A stretch of 46,392 nt of DNA from Planctomycetota bacterium (lineage in GTDB: Bacteria; Planctomycetota; Planctomycetia; Pirellulales; Pirellulaceae): assembly GCA_031376585.1 (NCBI GenBank), contig JANMEB010000718.1, positions 1-46,392 on the forward strand, read 5' to 3'. The position numbers and the translations under genes were made by a program. The notes below the pieces were generated by a model. The model saw only the letters and a list, made by a program, of their open reading frames with translations, had not been told where the DNA came from and made no database searches. Positions 25,183 to 35,242 of this stretch are shown one piece after another. How positions within the stretch are numbered: position 1 is the stretch's first letter; each line of letters begins with the position of its first letter.

Positions 25183-25244
25183 TCAGCCGGAACGCGCTAG
25201 CGTCCGGTTCGTCCGGAAACCGTGGGCTAGCGCCCAACGGCTGA
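25183..25244. repeat. 62-bp imperfect palindrome between convergent genes (possible bidirectional terminator)
   Basis: The arms are TCAGCCGGAACGCGCTAGCGTCCGG and CCGTGGGCTAGCGCCCAACGGCTGA, sharing a GCGCTAGC/GCTAGCGC core. It lies between the esterase stop (25151) and the MBL stop (25276). Confidence 0.6.
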
Positions 25245-25275
25245 TTCACTGGTAAATCTTCATCTTGCGCTGGCC

Positions 25276-26085
25276 TTAGGTTAACTCAATCACTAACCCG
25301 TCATACGCGAGTCGAATTCCATCGGGAAGCTGGGCGTCGATTTTCGGATGATCGATCTTGCATGAGCAATGCGTGAAGTACGTGCGTCGCGCCTTGAGCC
25401 GTTGCGCGGTTTCAATTGCTTCGTCCAAATTCATGTGTGTCGGATGCGGTTCCGGTCGAAGCGCACTCAGCACGAGAGTATCTAATCCCTCCAAAAGCGG
25501 CCAACTCGTTTTTGGAATCGACTTGACGTCCGTGCAATAGGCGACGTTGCCGATTCGAAATCCCAATACCGTAAACCGTGGCCCGTGATCCAGCGGTATT
25601 GGCGTGACGTTTTCGCCAAACACCGAAAACTGCTCCCGATCAATCGTGATAAACGTCAACGCGGGAACGGAACCGAGATGGGTCTGCGGATCGTCGCGGA
25701 ACGCGTAATCGAACGATTTGCGCAATCGTTCTTCGACGTGCGATTCGCAATACAGTGGCACCGCATGTCCCAAATAGAACTGGAACAGTCGCAAATCATC
25801 CAAGCCAAAAATGTGATCGGCGTGTTCGTGAGTGAACGCGACGGCGTTGACGATGCCAATCTTTTCACGAAGTAGCTGTTGGCGCAGATCGGGTGAAGCG
25901 TCGATCAGCAAGTTTCCCTCGGGCAATCCGAAAATCGCACTCGAACGGGTCCGCTGATTCTTCGGATGTCCCCCGGTACAAACGGGGCAGTCGCAACCTA
26001 TGGCCGGTACGCCTACGGAAGTTCCCGTGCCAAGCAAAATTAACTTGCCGCGAATGTCTGTCGTGTAAGGTCGTTTGGCGGTCAC
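25276..26085 (-). CDS. MBL-fold metallo-hydrolase (PhnP/GPPDE-like)
   Basis: It has the HEHADH motif and later His/Asp ligands, and begins LILLGTGTSVGVP. GTG start. Confidence 0.85.
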   Translation of the reverse strand: MTAKRPYTTDIRGKLILLGTGTSVGVPAIGCDCPVCTGGHPKNQRTRSSAIFGLPEGNLLIDASPDLRQQLLREKIGIVNAVAFTHEHADHIFGLDDLRLFQFYLGHAVPLYCESHVEERLRKSFDYAFRDDPQTHLGSVPALTFITIDREQFSVFGENVTPIPLDHGPRFTVLGFRIGNVAYCTDVKSIPKTSWPLLEGLDTLVLSALRPEPHPTHMNLDEAIETAQRLKARRTYFTHCSCKIDHPKIDAQLPDGIRLAYDGLVIELT

Positions 26086-26468
26086 GGAGTTGAGAGTTGA
26101 GAGTTAAGACGAGCAAGGCGAAACAAATGCTAACTGAACCACACCGATCTAAGTTGCTTTCCAGGCGCTTACAAAGCAATGGCGTCAAACTAACGCTGGA
26201 GTTGCGGCACGGGAATTGCAACGACAATCCATTCCCCAATTTTTGGGTTTGCATTGCGTTCAAAAAACAGCGGTTTCACAAGCGTTTTACGGGCTTCCGA
26301 GGGGCCCGATCTCCGTTGACCCTTGTAGCAGATGCCTATAAGCTGTGTCTAGGAAACGGTTTGCGCTCCGAGGTCGATTTCGTTTTCCCATTCCGCAATC
26401 TTTACCCATTTGACCCGGTCGATTGACATATTGGCAGTCGCTCCCACGGAAATTCTGCTTAGGCAACC

Positions 26469-29400
26469 ATGGAAATTTTGGAACGTATTTGGGAATTGCT
26501 CTCCATTTTTTTTGGCGGGCTTTTGAAGTCATTTGAGCGGTCGGTGACCTCAATTTGGGGTAGCTCCAATGCACGCTACATTCGACGAATGCAGAGTCGG
26601 GTCGACGCGATCAATGCGTTGGAATCCAAATACCAGGCGATGGACCAACAAGAGCTCCGACAGCAAACCGACTTGTTTAGGCAGCGGCTGAATTCGGGCG
26701 AGACGCTCGACGACATCTTGGTCGAATCGTTTGCGGTTTGTCGCGAAGGGGGACGGAGATTTTTGGGGTTGCGACACTACGATGTGCAAATGATCGGCGG
26801 CATGGTGCTGCATAGCGGCGCGGTCGCCGAAATGGTTACGGGCGAAGGTAAAACGCTTGTGGCGACTTTGCCGGCCTATTTAAACGCGCTGTCGGGTAAG
26901 GGCGTTTATGTGGTCACGGTCAACGATTATTTGGCGCGTCGCGACATGGAATGGATGGGTCCACTTTATCTCGGATTGGGCTTGACGGTGGGCACGATCC
27001 AAAGCGATATGGAAGCGGATGCACGACAAAAATCCTACAACTGCGACATTACGTATGGCACCAATAACGAATTTGGTTTTGACTATCTTCGTGACAACAT
27101 GCGGCCGGCCGTTCGCGGTGACGAACGATTTCCCAAGCGCCAACAACAGAGTCAGGGCAAGCTAAACTTTGCGATCATCGACGAAGTCGACAATATCTTG
27201 ATCGACGAAGCGAGAACGCCACTCATTATTTCCGGACTGGCCCATCCCGATGTTGCCCGCTACACCGAGGCCGATCGGATCGCCCGCCAACTTCAGCGAG
27301 AAGTTCACTACACGGTGAACGAAAAAGATCACACCGTGAACTTGACCGACGAAGGCGTGCGAAACGCCGAACGATTGGCGGGGGTCGAATCGTTTTACAC
27401 GTCGGGCAATATGGCTTGGCCGCACTTGATCGACAACGCGCTGAAAGCCCATCACTTGTACAAGCTTGACGTCTCTTACGTGATCAAAGACGGTGCGATT
27501 ATCATCGTCGATGAATTCACCGGCCGCATGATGGAAGGCCGGCAGTGGAGCGACGGATTGCATCAAGCCGTTGAAGCCAAAGAAGGCGTTAAAATCAAGG
27601 AAGAAACGCAAACGCTGGCCACGATCACCCTGCAAAATTATTTCAAACTGTTCGATAAGATTTGCGGTATGACCGGCACCGCCATGACCGAGGCGACCGA
27701 GTTTTGGAAAATCTACAAACTCGACGTGGTCGCCATCCCAACCAACCGAGGGATGAAGCGACGCGAATATCCGGACACAATTTTCAACAGCGAAAAAACT
27801 AAATGGAAAGCCGTCGCCGACGAAATCGAGCGACACCACCGCTGGGACACGGTGGTCACCCAACAACACGAAATGTTCGTCGGCTCGATCGATCGCGAAT
27901 CGGATCAAGAAATCGTCCTAACGTCCGCAGACGACGGCAAAGAGGAGACCGTGCCTCGCGCCAAAGTGAGCGAAGTCCACTTTCGGGGACGACCGATCTT
28001 GGTCGGCACGGTGTCGATCGAGAAGAGTGAGTTGCTCTCAGGGATTTTGGATCGTCGCGGAATCAAACACGAAGTCCTCAATGCTAAACACCATAAACGC
28101 GAGGCGGAAATTATCGCCCAGGCCGGTCGGCAAAACGCCGTGACGATCGCGACGAACATGGCCGGGCGCGGTACCGACATCGTTTTGGGCGGAAATCCCG
28201 AGACCATGGCCTGGGCCATTTTGCAAGGCAAATACGAAACGCGGCTCGATGTTCCGCGCGACGAATGGGACGCGCTGGTTCACGAAATCGAACAGCGCGA
28301 ACAAATGAAAGCCGAAGGAGAAAAAGTCAAAAAACTTGGTGGCTTGCACGTCATCGGCACCGAGCGGCACGACGCACGGCGCATCGACTTGCAATTGCGC
28401 GGTCGCTGCGGTCGCCAAGGCGATCCGGGTAGCAGCCACTTCTTTTTGAGCTTGGACGACGACTTGATGCGAATCTTCGCGGGGCCATTCGTGAAGCGAA
28501 TGCTCGAAGTCGGCGGCTTCACGGATGACGTTCCGATCGAGAGCCGGATGGTGTCGCGACGCTTGGACAGCGCTCAAAAGAAACGCGAAGAATTCAACTT
28601 TGAAATTCGCAAAAACTTGCTCGAATACGACGAAGTCATGGACGAGCAGCGCAAACGAATCTATTCGTTCCGACAGCGAATTCTCGAAGGCGAAAATTGT
28701 CGCGAAATCATCGCCGACATGATTCGCAAACAAATGGCAGCACACTTGCCGGTGTTCTTGGCCAGTAATTTCGGCTCCGAAGCCTTCACGAGTTATGCGT
28801 CCGCGCAATTGTCGACCCAATTGACGGCTCGATCGTTTGGTGACATGCCGCTGCAGCAAGTCACTGATGCGTTGACTGACGATGCCGAGCGCAAAGCAGA
28901 AACCGAAATCATGAGCGCGATCGACGAAAATTTGCCCAACTCGGTCGAGGATGAGAGCGAATGGAATTGGCAGGCCCTGGCACACATGGCCAACACGAGG
29001 TGGACGCTCAATTTGCGAGATCGCGATTTGATCAAGGTCGGACGAGACCGCGTGGATGAGTTCTTGATCGAAAAAGCTCGCGAGGCAATTCGTAAAGTCG
29101 ATTTGTCTCCCGCTGCGCCGATGCTTTCAGCCGACTACGGAATGCAATACGCCTCCCGCTGGGTGTCTGCAAAATTCGGCATTGCCATGGAGGTTGACGA
29201 GTTTCGCGGCGAAGTCGAACCGGTTATCGAAACCGTCACCGAGCGAGTCTTGGCGAAATACAAGGAAAAAGAAGCCGAGTATCCCGTCATGGCGGGCTTC
29301 TATAAATTCGTCGTCGGGACGGGCCCGCAGTCGCGCATCGATCGCGAAGCGTTGCTCGATTGGGCCGCGCGCCGTTTCGAAACGTCTCTCGACGCCGAAG

Positions 29401-30143
29401 ATTTCAAAAGCAAACAGCGCGACGAAATTCGACAGATGTTGCTCGAACATAGTCGCCAACATCAACAAGTCGCAGATGTTCGTGTCGATGAAATACAACG
29501 ACAAGTCGAACAATTGGCCAGCGCCGGAAAAATCCCGCTCAGTTCCGCCAATGGCGCGTCGCAATCGTTGGCCGACTGGTTTCAACAAAACCTCCAGTGC
29601 GATCTGAACGTCGACAGCATTTCGCAACTCGACAAAAAGACTCTTTCGCAAAAATTGGAATCGATCGTCGAAGATCGTTACCACCCCGAAATGCGGCGTA
29701 TGGAGCGAATGGTGCTGTTGGAGATCGTCGACTCGGCTTGGAAAGAACATTTGCTCGCGATGGATTATTTGCTCGCCGCTTGCCGCCAGCGCGGAATGGC
29801 GGCCCTCGATCCCAAAGTCGAGTACAAGCGTGAAGGCATGCGGATGTTCGAATCGCTTTGGCAGTCGATCGGCGATCGCGTGACCGACGTGATCTTCCGG
29901 ATCGAACAACTTAACGAAAACTTTGTCAACACAACCTGGAACGAAACGTCTGCGATCCACGAGTCAGCGCCCCAAGTCGACTCGTCTCGCGATTCAGATC
30001 GAGATGGCAATATTCCCCAAGGCGGTGATCATAAAATCGAAACGATTCGCAACCGTGGTCAACGACCGGGCCGCAACGATCCATGCCTTTGCGGCAGTGG
30101 GAAAAAATTCAAAAACTGTTGTATGAACAAAATGGACACGTAG
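26469..30143 (+). CDS. secA: Preprotein translocase ATPase SecA (expanded, 1224 aa)
   Basis: It has MVTGEGKTLVATLP (Walker A), IIDEVDNILIDEARTPLIISG, TNMAGRGTDI, and the C-terminal zinc motif CLCGSGKKFKNCC. Confidence 0.97.
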   Translation: MEILERIWELLSIFFGGLLKSFERSVTSIWGSSNARYIRRMQSRVDAINALESKYQAMDQQELRQQTDLFRQRLNSGETLDDILVESFAVCREGGRRFLGLRHYDVQMIGGMVLHSGAVAEMVTGEGKTLVATLPAYLNALSGKGVYVVTVNDYLARRDMEWMGPLYLGLGLTVGTIQSDMEADARQKSYNCDITYGTNNEFGFDYLRDNMRPAVRGDERFPKRQQQSQGKLNFAIIDEVDNILIDEARTPLIISGLAHPDVARYTEADRIARQLQREVHYTVNEKDHTVNLTDEGVRNAERLAGVESFYTSGNMAWPHLIDNALKAHHLYKLDVSYVIKDGAIIIVDEFTGRMMEGRQWSDGLHQAVEAKEGVKIKEETQTLATITLQNYFKLFDKICGMTGTAMTEATEFWKIYKLDVVAIPTNRGMKRREYPDTIFNSEKTKWKAVADEIERHHRWDTVVTQQHEMFVGSIDRESDQEIVLTSADDGKEETVPRAKVSEVHFRGRPILVGTVSIEKSELLSGILDRRGIKHEVLNAKHHKREAEIIAQAGRQNAVTIATNMAGRGTDIVLGGNPETMAWAILQGKYETRLDVPRDEWDALVHEIEQREQMKAEGEKVKKLGGLHVIGTERHDARRIDLQLRGRCGRQGDPGSSHFFLSLDDDLMRIFAGPFVKRMLEVGGFTDDVPIESRMVSRRLDSAQKKREEFNFEIRKNLLEYDEVMDEQRKRIYSFRQRILEGENCREIIADMIRKQMAAHLPVFLASNFGSEAFTSYASAQLSTQLTARSFGDMPLQQVTDALTDDAERKAETEIMSAIDENLPNSVEDESEWNWQALAHMANTRWTLNLRDRDLIKVGRDRVDEFLIEKAREAIRKVDLSPAAPMLSADYGMQYASRWVSAKFGIAMEVDEFRGEVEPVIETVTERVLAKYKEKEAEYPVMAGFYKFVVGTGPQSRIDREALLDWAARRFETSLDAEDFKSKQRDEIRQMLLEHSRQHQQVADVRVDEIQRQVEQLASAGKIPLSSANGASQSLADWFQQNLQCDLNVDSISQLDKKTLSQKLESIVEDRYHPEMRRMERMVLLEIVDSAWKEHLLAMDYLLAACRQRGMAALDPKVEYKREGMRMFESLWQSIGDRVTDVIFRIEQLNENFVNTTWNETSAIHESAPQVDSSRDSDRDGNIPQGGDHKIETIRNRGQRPGRNDPCLCGSGKKFKNCCMNKMDT

Positions 30144-30265
30144 TTCCTGAGAACCGCCGGAATCAATCGCCGATTTGCGTCCGCCGCGGCGGATTCGGGG
30201 AAAATCGGGGACTGACCCCCTCTCGTCGCGCGTTTGACCGAATTTAATGGGAATGGAGTTCGCCG

Positions 30266-31573
30266 ATGGGTTGGGTGTTCAACCTTCTGTACGCCATGAC
30301 GGCGTTTGCCTTTGCGCCGCTGCTGGCGTGGCGTGTCTTGCGGCGCGGGAAAGCGATTGCCGGTTGGGTTGAAAAACTTTCCGGTCGGGTCACCATTCGT
30401 CCGACCCAACAGCCGCGCATCTGGCTTCATGCGGTGAGCGTCGGCGAAGTCAACTTGCTCGCCCATTTGCTCCCCCGACTCAAACAGAAATTTCCCGGCT
30501 GGGATTATGTTGTCAGCACTACGACACCAACAGGTCGCGAGCTGGCGGAGCGCAAATTCGGTGCGGAAAACACCTGTTTTTTCCCTTTCGATTTCACTTG
30601 GAGCGTCGAAGCAGCGCTCGCGCGAATTCAGCCCGAGTTGATTGTGTTGGCCGAACTGGAGTTCTGGCCAAATTTGCTGCGGACCGCTCAGCGTTGCGGG
30701 ATTCCGATCGCGATTGTCAACGGTCGGCTCAGCGACGAAAGTTTTCGCTGGTACAAACGCTGCCGTTGGCTGCTCCGAAGTAGTTTTGCCAAGCTCGCTG
30801 GCGTCGCCGCCCAAAGTCAAGAATACGCACAGCGATTCGTCGAACTTGGAGTCGATTCATCGCGAGTTGCCGTCACGGGCAATATGAAGTTCGACGGTGC
30901 AAAAAGCGACCGCGACAATTCAACTACGCATCAATTCAATCGCTTGCTCGGACGGACTTCGGACCAAGTCATTTGGCTCGCAGGCAGCACGCAAGACCCA
31001 GAAGAACAAATCGTGGTGCATTGTTACGCCGCACTTCGCACAAGGTCCCCTCAGCTTCGGCTGATCGTCGCACCTCGCCATCCAGAACGATGCGATTCAG
31101 TCATCGCCGAAATTCAATCTCAAGGATTCGTTGCGGTTCGACGTTCCAAGATTGATCAGTCGCTCCCATTCCGCGGCGACGAGATTTTAGTGATTGACAC
31201 GGTCGGTGAACTGGCAGCTTGGTGGGGCGTTTGTCAAATAGCCTATGTTGGCGGCAGCATGGGCGATCGTGGCGGGCAAAACATGATCGAGCCATCCGCG
31301 TTCGGCTGCGCTGTGTCATTCGGACCGAACACGAAAAACTTTCGCGATGTCGTCTCGTTGCTTTTAACGGACGATGCAGCCGTCCTTGTCCAGGACGCGG
31401 GTGATTTGCAACAATTCGTCCAGCGATGTTTGGAGGAAACTGTATGGCGTGATGAAATGGGAACCCGTGCGCAGCGTTTGGTCTTGGCGCAAACCGGCGC
31501 GACTGAACAAACGATCGGCCTTTTAGCCAATTTGATCGACCTACAAAATCAAGCGAGCGAAAAGGCAGCGTAA
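30266..31573 (+). CDS. waaA: 3-deoxy-D-manno-octulosonic acid (Kdo) transferase
   Basis: It has an N-terminal TM segment, the LHAVSVGE motif, and the GGSM...GGQN.IEP motif near the C-terminus. Confidence 0.9.
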   Translation: MGWVFNLLYAMTAFAFAPLLAWRVLRRGKAIAGWVEKLSGRVTIRPTQQPRIWLHAVSVGEVNLLAHLLPRLKQKFPGWDYVVSTTTPTGRELAERKFGAENTCFFPFDFTWSVEAALARIQPELIVLAELEFWPNLLRTAQRCGIPIAIVNGRLSDESFRWYKRCRWLLRSSFAKLAGVAAQSQEYAQRFVELGVDSSRVAVTGNMKFDGAKSDRDNSTTHQFNRLLGRTSDQVIWLAGSTQDPEEQIVVHCYAALRTRSPQLRLIVAPRHPERCDSVIAEIQSQGFVAVRRSKIDQSLPFRGDEILVIDTVGELAAWWGVCQIAYVGGSMGDRGGQNMIEPSAFGCAVSFGPNTKNFRDVVSLLLTDDAAVLVQDAGDLQQFVQRCLEETVWRDEMGTRAQRLVLAQTGATEQTIGLLANLIDLQNQASEKAA

Positions 31574-31752
31574 GCGAAATACAACCCAAAAGTGCAGCCA
31601 CCCCAACCCAACTCCCGGTTTGAGTTTTCAAACAAGTTGGACTAAAATATCGACTTCAATTGCGTCTAATAACGGTGTCTCTGAAAACGTGCCGGCACCA
31701 TTCGCGGAACTCTTTAGCCGAAATACGTAGTTCAACCCAGAGGAGCATTTTC

Positions 31753-32940
31753 GTGGCAACAGGCAAGTATTTGTTCACTAGCGAATCGGTCAGCATGGGT
31801 CACCCAGACAAATTGGCCGATCAAATTTCCGACGGCGTTTTGGACGCATTGTTGGCCCAAGATCCGTTCAGCCGCGTCGCGTGTGAAACTTTGGTCACGA
31901 CCGGCATCGCGATCATCGCCGGCGAAATAACGACGAAAGCGACAATCGACTATCAAAAAATCGTGCGCGATGTGATTCGCGACGTCGGTTACACTGATGA
32001 CGAAATGGGTATCTGTGCCGACACTTGTGCGGTGATGGTCTCGCTCGACCGCCAGAGTCCTGACATCGCCCAAGGCGTCAACGACAACGCAGCCCAAGGC
32101 AAAGCCATCGGTGCCGGCGACCAAGGTCTCATGTTCGGGTTCGCTTGCAATGAAACGCCCGAGTTCATGCCGCTGACCATTTCGCTGGCGCACAAAATTC
32201 TGCGCCGCTTGACCGAAGCTCGCTTCAACAAGGAAGTCGACTGGCTGCGGCCAGACAGTAAAAGCCAAGTCACGATCGAATACGACGGTGACAAGCCGGT
32301 TCGCATCGACACGATCGTCGTTTCAACTCAACATGCACCTACCGTCAATAATGAGACGATCCGAAAATTCGTGATTGAAAAGATCGTGCGGCCACTTTTA
32401 CCAGCGGAACTCATCGATGGTGAGCCCAAGTATCACATCAACCCAACAGGAAAATTCGTGGTTGGCGGACCGCACGGCGACTGCGGGCTTACTGGTCGCA
32501 AAATCATTGTCGACACGTACGGCGGTTGGGGCCGACATGGTGGCGGTGCTTTCAGCGGCAAGGATCCGACCAAAGTCGATCGCAGCGCAGCGTATATGGC
32601 TCGGCACGTTGCCAAGAACATCGTTGCTGCCGAATTGGCTTCGCGCTGCGAAGTCCAGTTGGCTTATGCGATAGGCGTGAGCGAGCCGGTCAGCGTGAAT
32701 GTCGACACGATGGGAACCGGACGCATTTCGGATCAAGAGATTTGCGAGCTTGTCAAAAGCGTTTTTCCACTTTCGCCGTCGGGGATCATCGACTATCTCC
32801 AATTGCGTCGGCCGATTTATCGCAAGACCGCAGCCGGAGGCCATTTCGGACGGACCGAAAAAGAGTTCACCTGGGAATCGACTCACAAAGCCGCCGCGCT
32901 GGCCGAAAAAGCCGGCACCGCTGTCGGCGCAAGCCGCTAG
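31753..32940 (+). CDS. metK: S-adenosylmethionine synthase
   Basis: It has [32 protein letters not shown] and [19 protein letters not shown] at 31753 is preceded by GAGGAG. The track ORF extension to 31660 is unlikely to be real. Confidence 0.96.
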   Translation: MATGKYLFTSESVSMGHPDKLADQISDGVLDALLAQDPFSRVACETLVTTGIAIIAGEITTKATIDYQKIVRDVIRDVGYTDDEMGICADTCAVMVSLDRQSPDIAQGVNDNAAQGKAIGAGDQGLMFGFACNETPEFMPLTISLAHKILRRLTEARFNKEVDWLRPDSKSQVTIEYDGDKPVRIDTIVVSTQHAPTVNNETIRKFVIEKIVRPLLPAELIDGEPKYHINPTGKFVVGGPHGDCGLTGRKIIVDTYGGWGRHGGGAFSGKDPTKVDRSAAYMARHVAKNIVAAELASRCEVQLAYAIGVSEPVSVNVDTMGTGRISDQEICELVKSVFPLSPSGIIDYLQLRRPIYRKTAAGGHFGRTEKEFTWESTHKAAALAEKAGTAVGASR

Positions 32941-33059
32941 ATTCGCGAAACAAAATCGGGGGTTGACTTCCTTTCCTCGCGGTTCGGATAGTTCAGATAG
33001 GTTCTTTCAAGCAATCTTGGTTCGCCGTTGAATGCAGAAAGGACTTGCCGAGCCCGCTC

Positions 33060-33695
33060 ATGAATAGCCGTTCTCGTCGACAGAATTTTCCCGTCCGTTG
33101 GAACTCTAAACAAGCGATTGCGTTTGGCGTTTTGCTACTGGTGTTGGTTGGCTACGTCTACCTTCGCCCAGTCATCGAGCAACGATTTGGAATTAAGCTA
33201 CCGTCGTTGGACAATGGTCCCAAGTCTGCGCAAACGTCGGCACCAAAATCGAACCCGAAGTCATCGAACTCAAACTCGGTCGGCACTTCAAATTCCGCAT
33301 CCAGCGGTTTCAGCCTCAAGGAAATCGCTAAGAATCGATTTGAAACTCCGGCCGGATTGATTTACGGCCCCAGCAGCGAAGGGAACCAAATCGATCACGT
33401 GATGCGTCATGCCGTCGACGACCCTGATCGACCTCAGCAACACGGCGTCTTCGACGTTCAAGACCGCGACGGAGTGCTCAAACTAATCGACCAAGCGTAT
33501 AACTTCGTCAAACAAGACGCGAGCAACGTCGACACCAGTCGCGAAGGCAGCCGCACGGTGTACACAGTCGACATGGGTGACCGGATCGGCTACGTCGGTG
33601 GCCGCGTGGGCAAACAATCGCATCATCCACCTTGCCAGAAAATCGTCTTGGTTCTCAACGATCGAAACGTGATCACCGCTTATCCGGCGAAATAG
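33060..33695 (+). CDS. Membrane-anchored hypothetical protein with a Ser/Asn-rich linker and a C-terminal globular domain
   Basis: It has one TM segment (AIAFGVLLLVLVGYVYL), a low-complexity linker, and an approximately 120-aa C-terminal domain (HVMRHAVDD...YTVDMGDRIGYVGG...VITAYP). No family recognised. The start could be TTG 33045 or ATG 33060. Confidence 0.6.
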   Translation: MNSRSRRQNFPVRWNSKQAIAFGVLLLVLVGYVYLRPVIEQRFGIKLPSLDNGPKSAQTSAPKSNPKSSNSNSVGTSNSASSGFSLKEIAKNRFETPAGLIYGPSSEGNQIDHVMRHAVDDPDRPQQHGVFDVQDRDGVLKLIDQAYNFVKQDASNVDTSREGSRTVYTVDMGDRIGYVGGRVGKQSHHPPCQKIVLVLNDRNVITAYPAK

Positions 33696-33887
33696 CTTTC
33701 CGCAACACAAATGTCCGTTACGAGAAATTATTAGGCAATGGCGCATCGGTGCCGTTCGATACTACAGGCGAAATCGAGTTCTCACACCGTTGATAATTCC
33801 AAAAATAGTTATTATAAGCGTCTACCTCGCGCGTCGAATACTCTTAACAGGTAAGTTCTGCTCCGTTCGTTCGGTTGGGATGAAGTG

Positions 33888-35183
33888 ATGGATATGTTGC
33901 CCAATGCACCACTTACGCTTGAGACCAAATATCATGTGCTCGTTGAAATCTCGCACAAACTGCGAGACACATTTGACCTGGATGAGATTCTGAACCAGTT
34001 GCTTGATACCCTTCGAGTCATCACCCATTACGATGCGGCTGGCATCTTTGTCGTGAATCGGGAGGTCGATATCACCTATGGGTCCGGTCGCCGGCCAAAA
34101 ACATTGATCGCAGCGATTTCGCAACGTGGTTTCGATCCAAATCCTATCGAACAGGATAGCATGCTCTCATGCGGCGGCGGTGTTGTAGGCTTCGTCATCA
34201 AGGAAGGACAATCCGTGGTCATCCCGGATGTTCGAATCGATTCGCGATATGTAATCGGACGGTCGGACACCCTTTCCGAGATCGCCGTTCCGATCATGCT
34301 CAACGAACACATTATCGGTGCGCTGAATTTGGAAAGCGACCGCTTGGCGGCATTTAACGAAAATGACCTCGAACTCCTACGCTTTTTTGCGGATGCCGCA
34401 GCCATCTCCATCGAAAAAGCCGTGCTTCATCAGAAGTTAATTGAAAAGGAGCACACCGATAGGCAACTTAAAACCGCCCGCGAAGTTCAATTGCAATTGG
34501 TACCCGAGTGTCCACCGCTCATCCCTGGTTACGAGATCTCCGGAATCTGCCTCTCGGCATTCGATATCGGCGGCGATTACTTCGATTACATCGGTCTGGA
34601 CGACCAAAAGCTCGGCATCGCCATCGCGGACGTTTCGGGGCATGGTATTTCCGCCGCACTGGTCATGTCTGCGTTTCGAGCATTGCTTCGCACCCAAGCA
34701 CGCATTCAACCGGACCCTGTTCTTGCCGCTAAACTCATAAATCAAATTCTCCCCGAATTCATAGTAAAAAGCGACTTTGTAACCGCCGTGCACGGAGTGC
34801 TTGATCCCGCCAATGGGCAATTTACCTATGCCAATTGCGGTCATCCTCCACCGCTACTTTTCCGTTCGAATGGTGAGATCGAAAAATTGATCTTAGGGGG
34901 CCCGGCCTTGGGTGTATTCGATCATCATGAGTTTGAAAGCGGCCAAGCAAAAATGCGTCCGGGAGATTTATTGCTGCTGCACACCGACGGCGTAACCGAA
35001 GCCTTCGGCCCGGATGGCAATTCCTTTGGAGCAGAAAGACTAAGCGGTTTCATCCGTCAAAACCTAACTCTGCCAGTGCACGAAATCATTTCCGCAATCG
35101 TAGACGCCGTAAAGTCATTCTCCGGCTCCGACGTATTTCTCGACGACTTCACCTTGGTTCTCGTTCGCCGAAAATTTCATTGA
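33888..35183 (+). CDS. GAF-domain PP2C-type (SpoIIE/RsbU-like) serine phosphatase
   Basis: It has an N-terminal GAF pattern (SEIAVPIMLNEHIIGALNLES). The PP2C motifs are GGDYFDY, ADVSGHGISAALVMS and LLLHTDGVTEA. Confidence 0.88.
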   Translation: MDMLPNAPLTLETKYHVLVEISHKLRDTFDLDEILNQLLDTLRVITHYDAAGIFVVNREVDITYGSGRRPKTLIAAISQRGFDPNPIEQDSMLSCGGGVVGFVIKEGQSVVIPDVRIDSRYVIGRSDTLSEIAVPIMLNEHIIGALNLESDRLAAFNENDLELLRFFADAAAISIEKAVLHQKLIEKEHTDRQLKTAREVQLQLVPECPPLIPGYEISGICLSAFDIGGDYFDYIGLDDQKLGIAIADVSGHGISAALVMSAFRALLRTQARIQPDPVLAAKLINQILPEFIVKSDFVTAVHGVLDPANGQFTYANCGHPPPLLFRSNGEIEKLILGGPALGVFDHHEFESGQAKMRPGDLLLLHTDGVTEAFGPDGNSFGAERLSGFIRQNLTLPVHEIISAIVDAVKSFSGSDVFLDDFTLVLVRRKFH

Positions 35184-35242
35184 CGGTGGCAATTCGCTGC
35201 ACAACTTCAGCATCCGTTCCGAGCACGGTTCTTCAATTAGAT

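Noticed and set aside
26087-26107. Three tandem heptamers GAGTTGA GAGTTGA GAGTTAA next to the MBL hydrolase start
   Set aside because: The repeat is very short and occurs only once. It is likely slippage noise in a divergent promoter region, and no further structure is associated with it.
26097-26426. 109-aa ORF in the MBL-secA divergent intergenic region
   Set aside because: It has no SD, an odd composition and no recognisable motif. It occupies what should be the promoter region of two well-supported divergent genes.
27162-29960. Three long antisense ORFs (248, 315 and 277 aa) on the minus strand inside secA
   Set aside because: They lie entirely within a gene that has unmistakable SecA motifs on the plus strand. 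Their translations are low-complexity, Arg/Val/Phe/Asp-rich with no recognisable motifs, typical of the open antisense frame of codon-biased genes.
31574-31752. Possible SAM riboswitch in the metK leader
   Set aside because: I could not find SAM-I, SAM-II/V or SAM-SAH core sequences by eye; there is only a short GTGCCGGCAC palindrome. A covariance-model search would be needed, so no claim is made.
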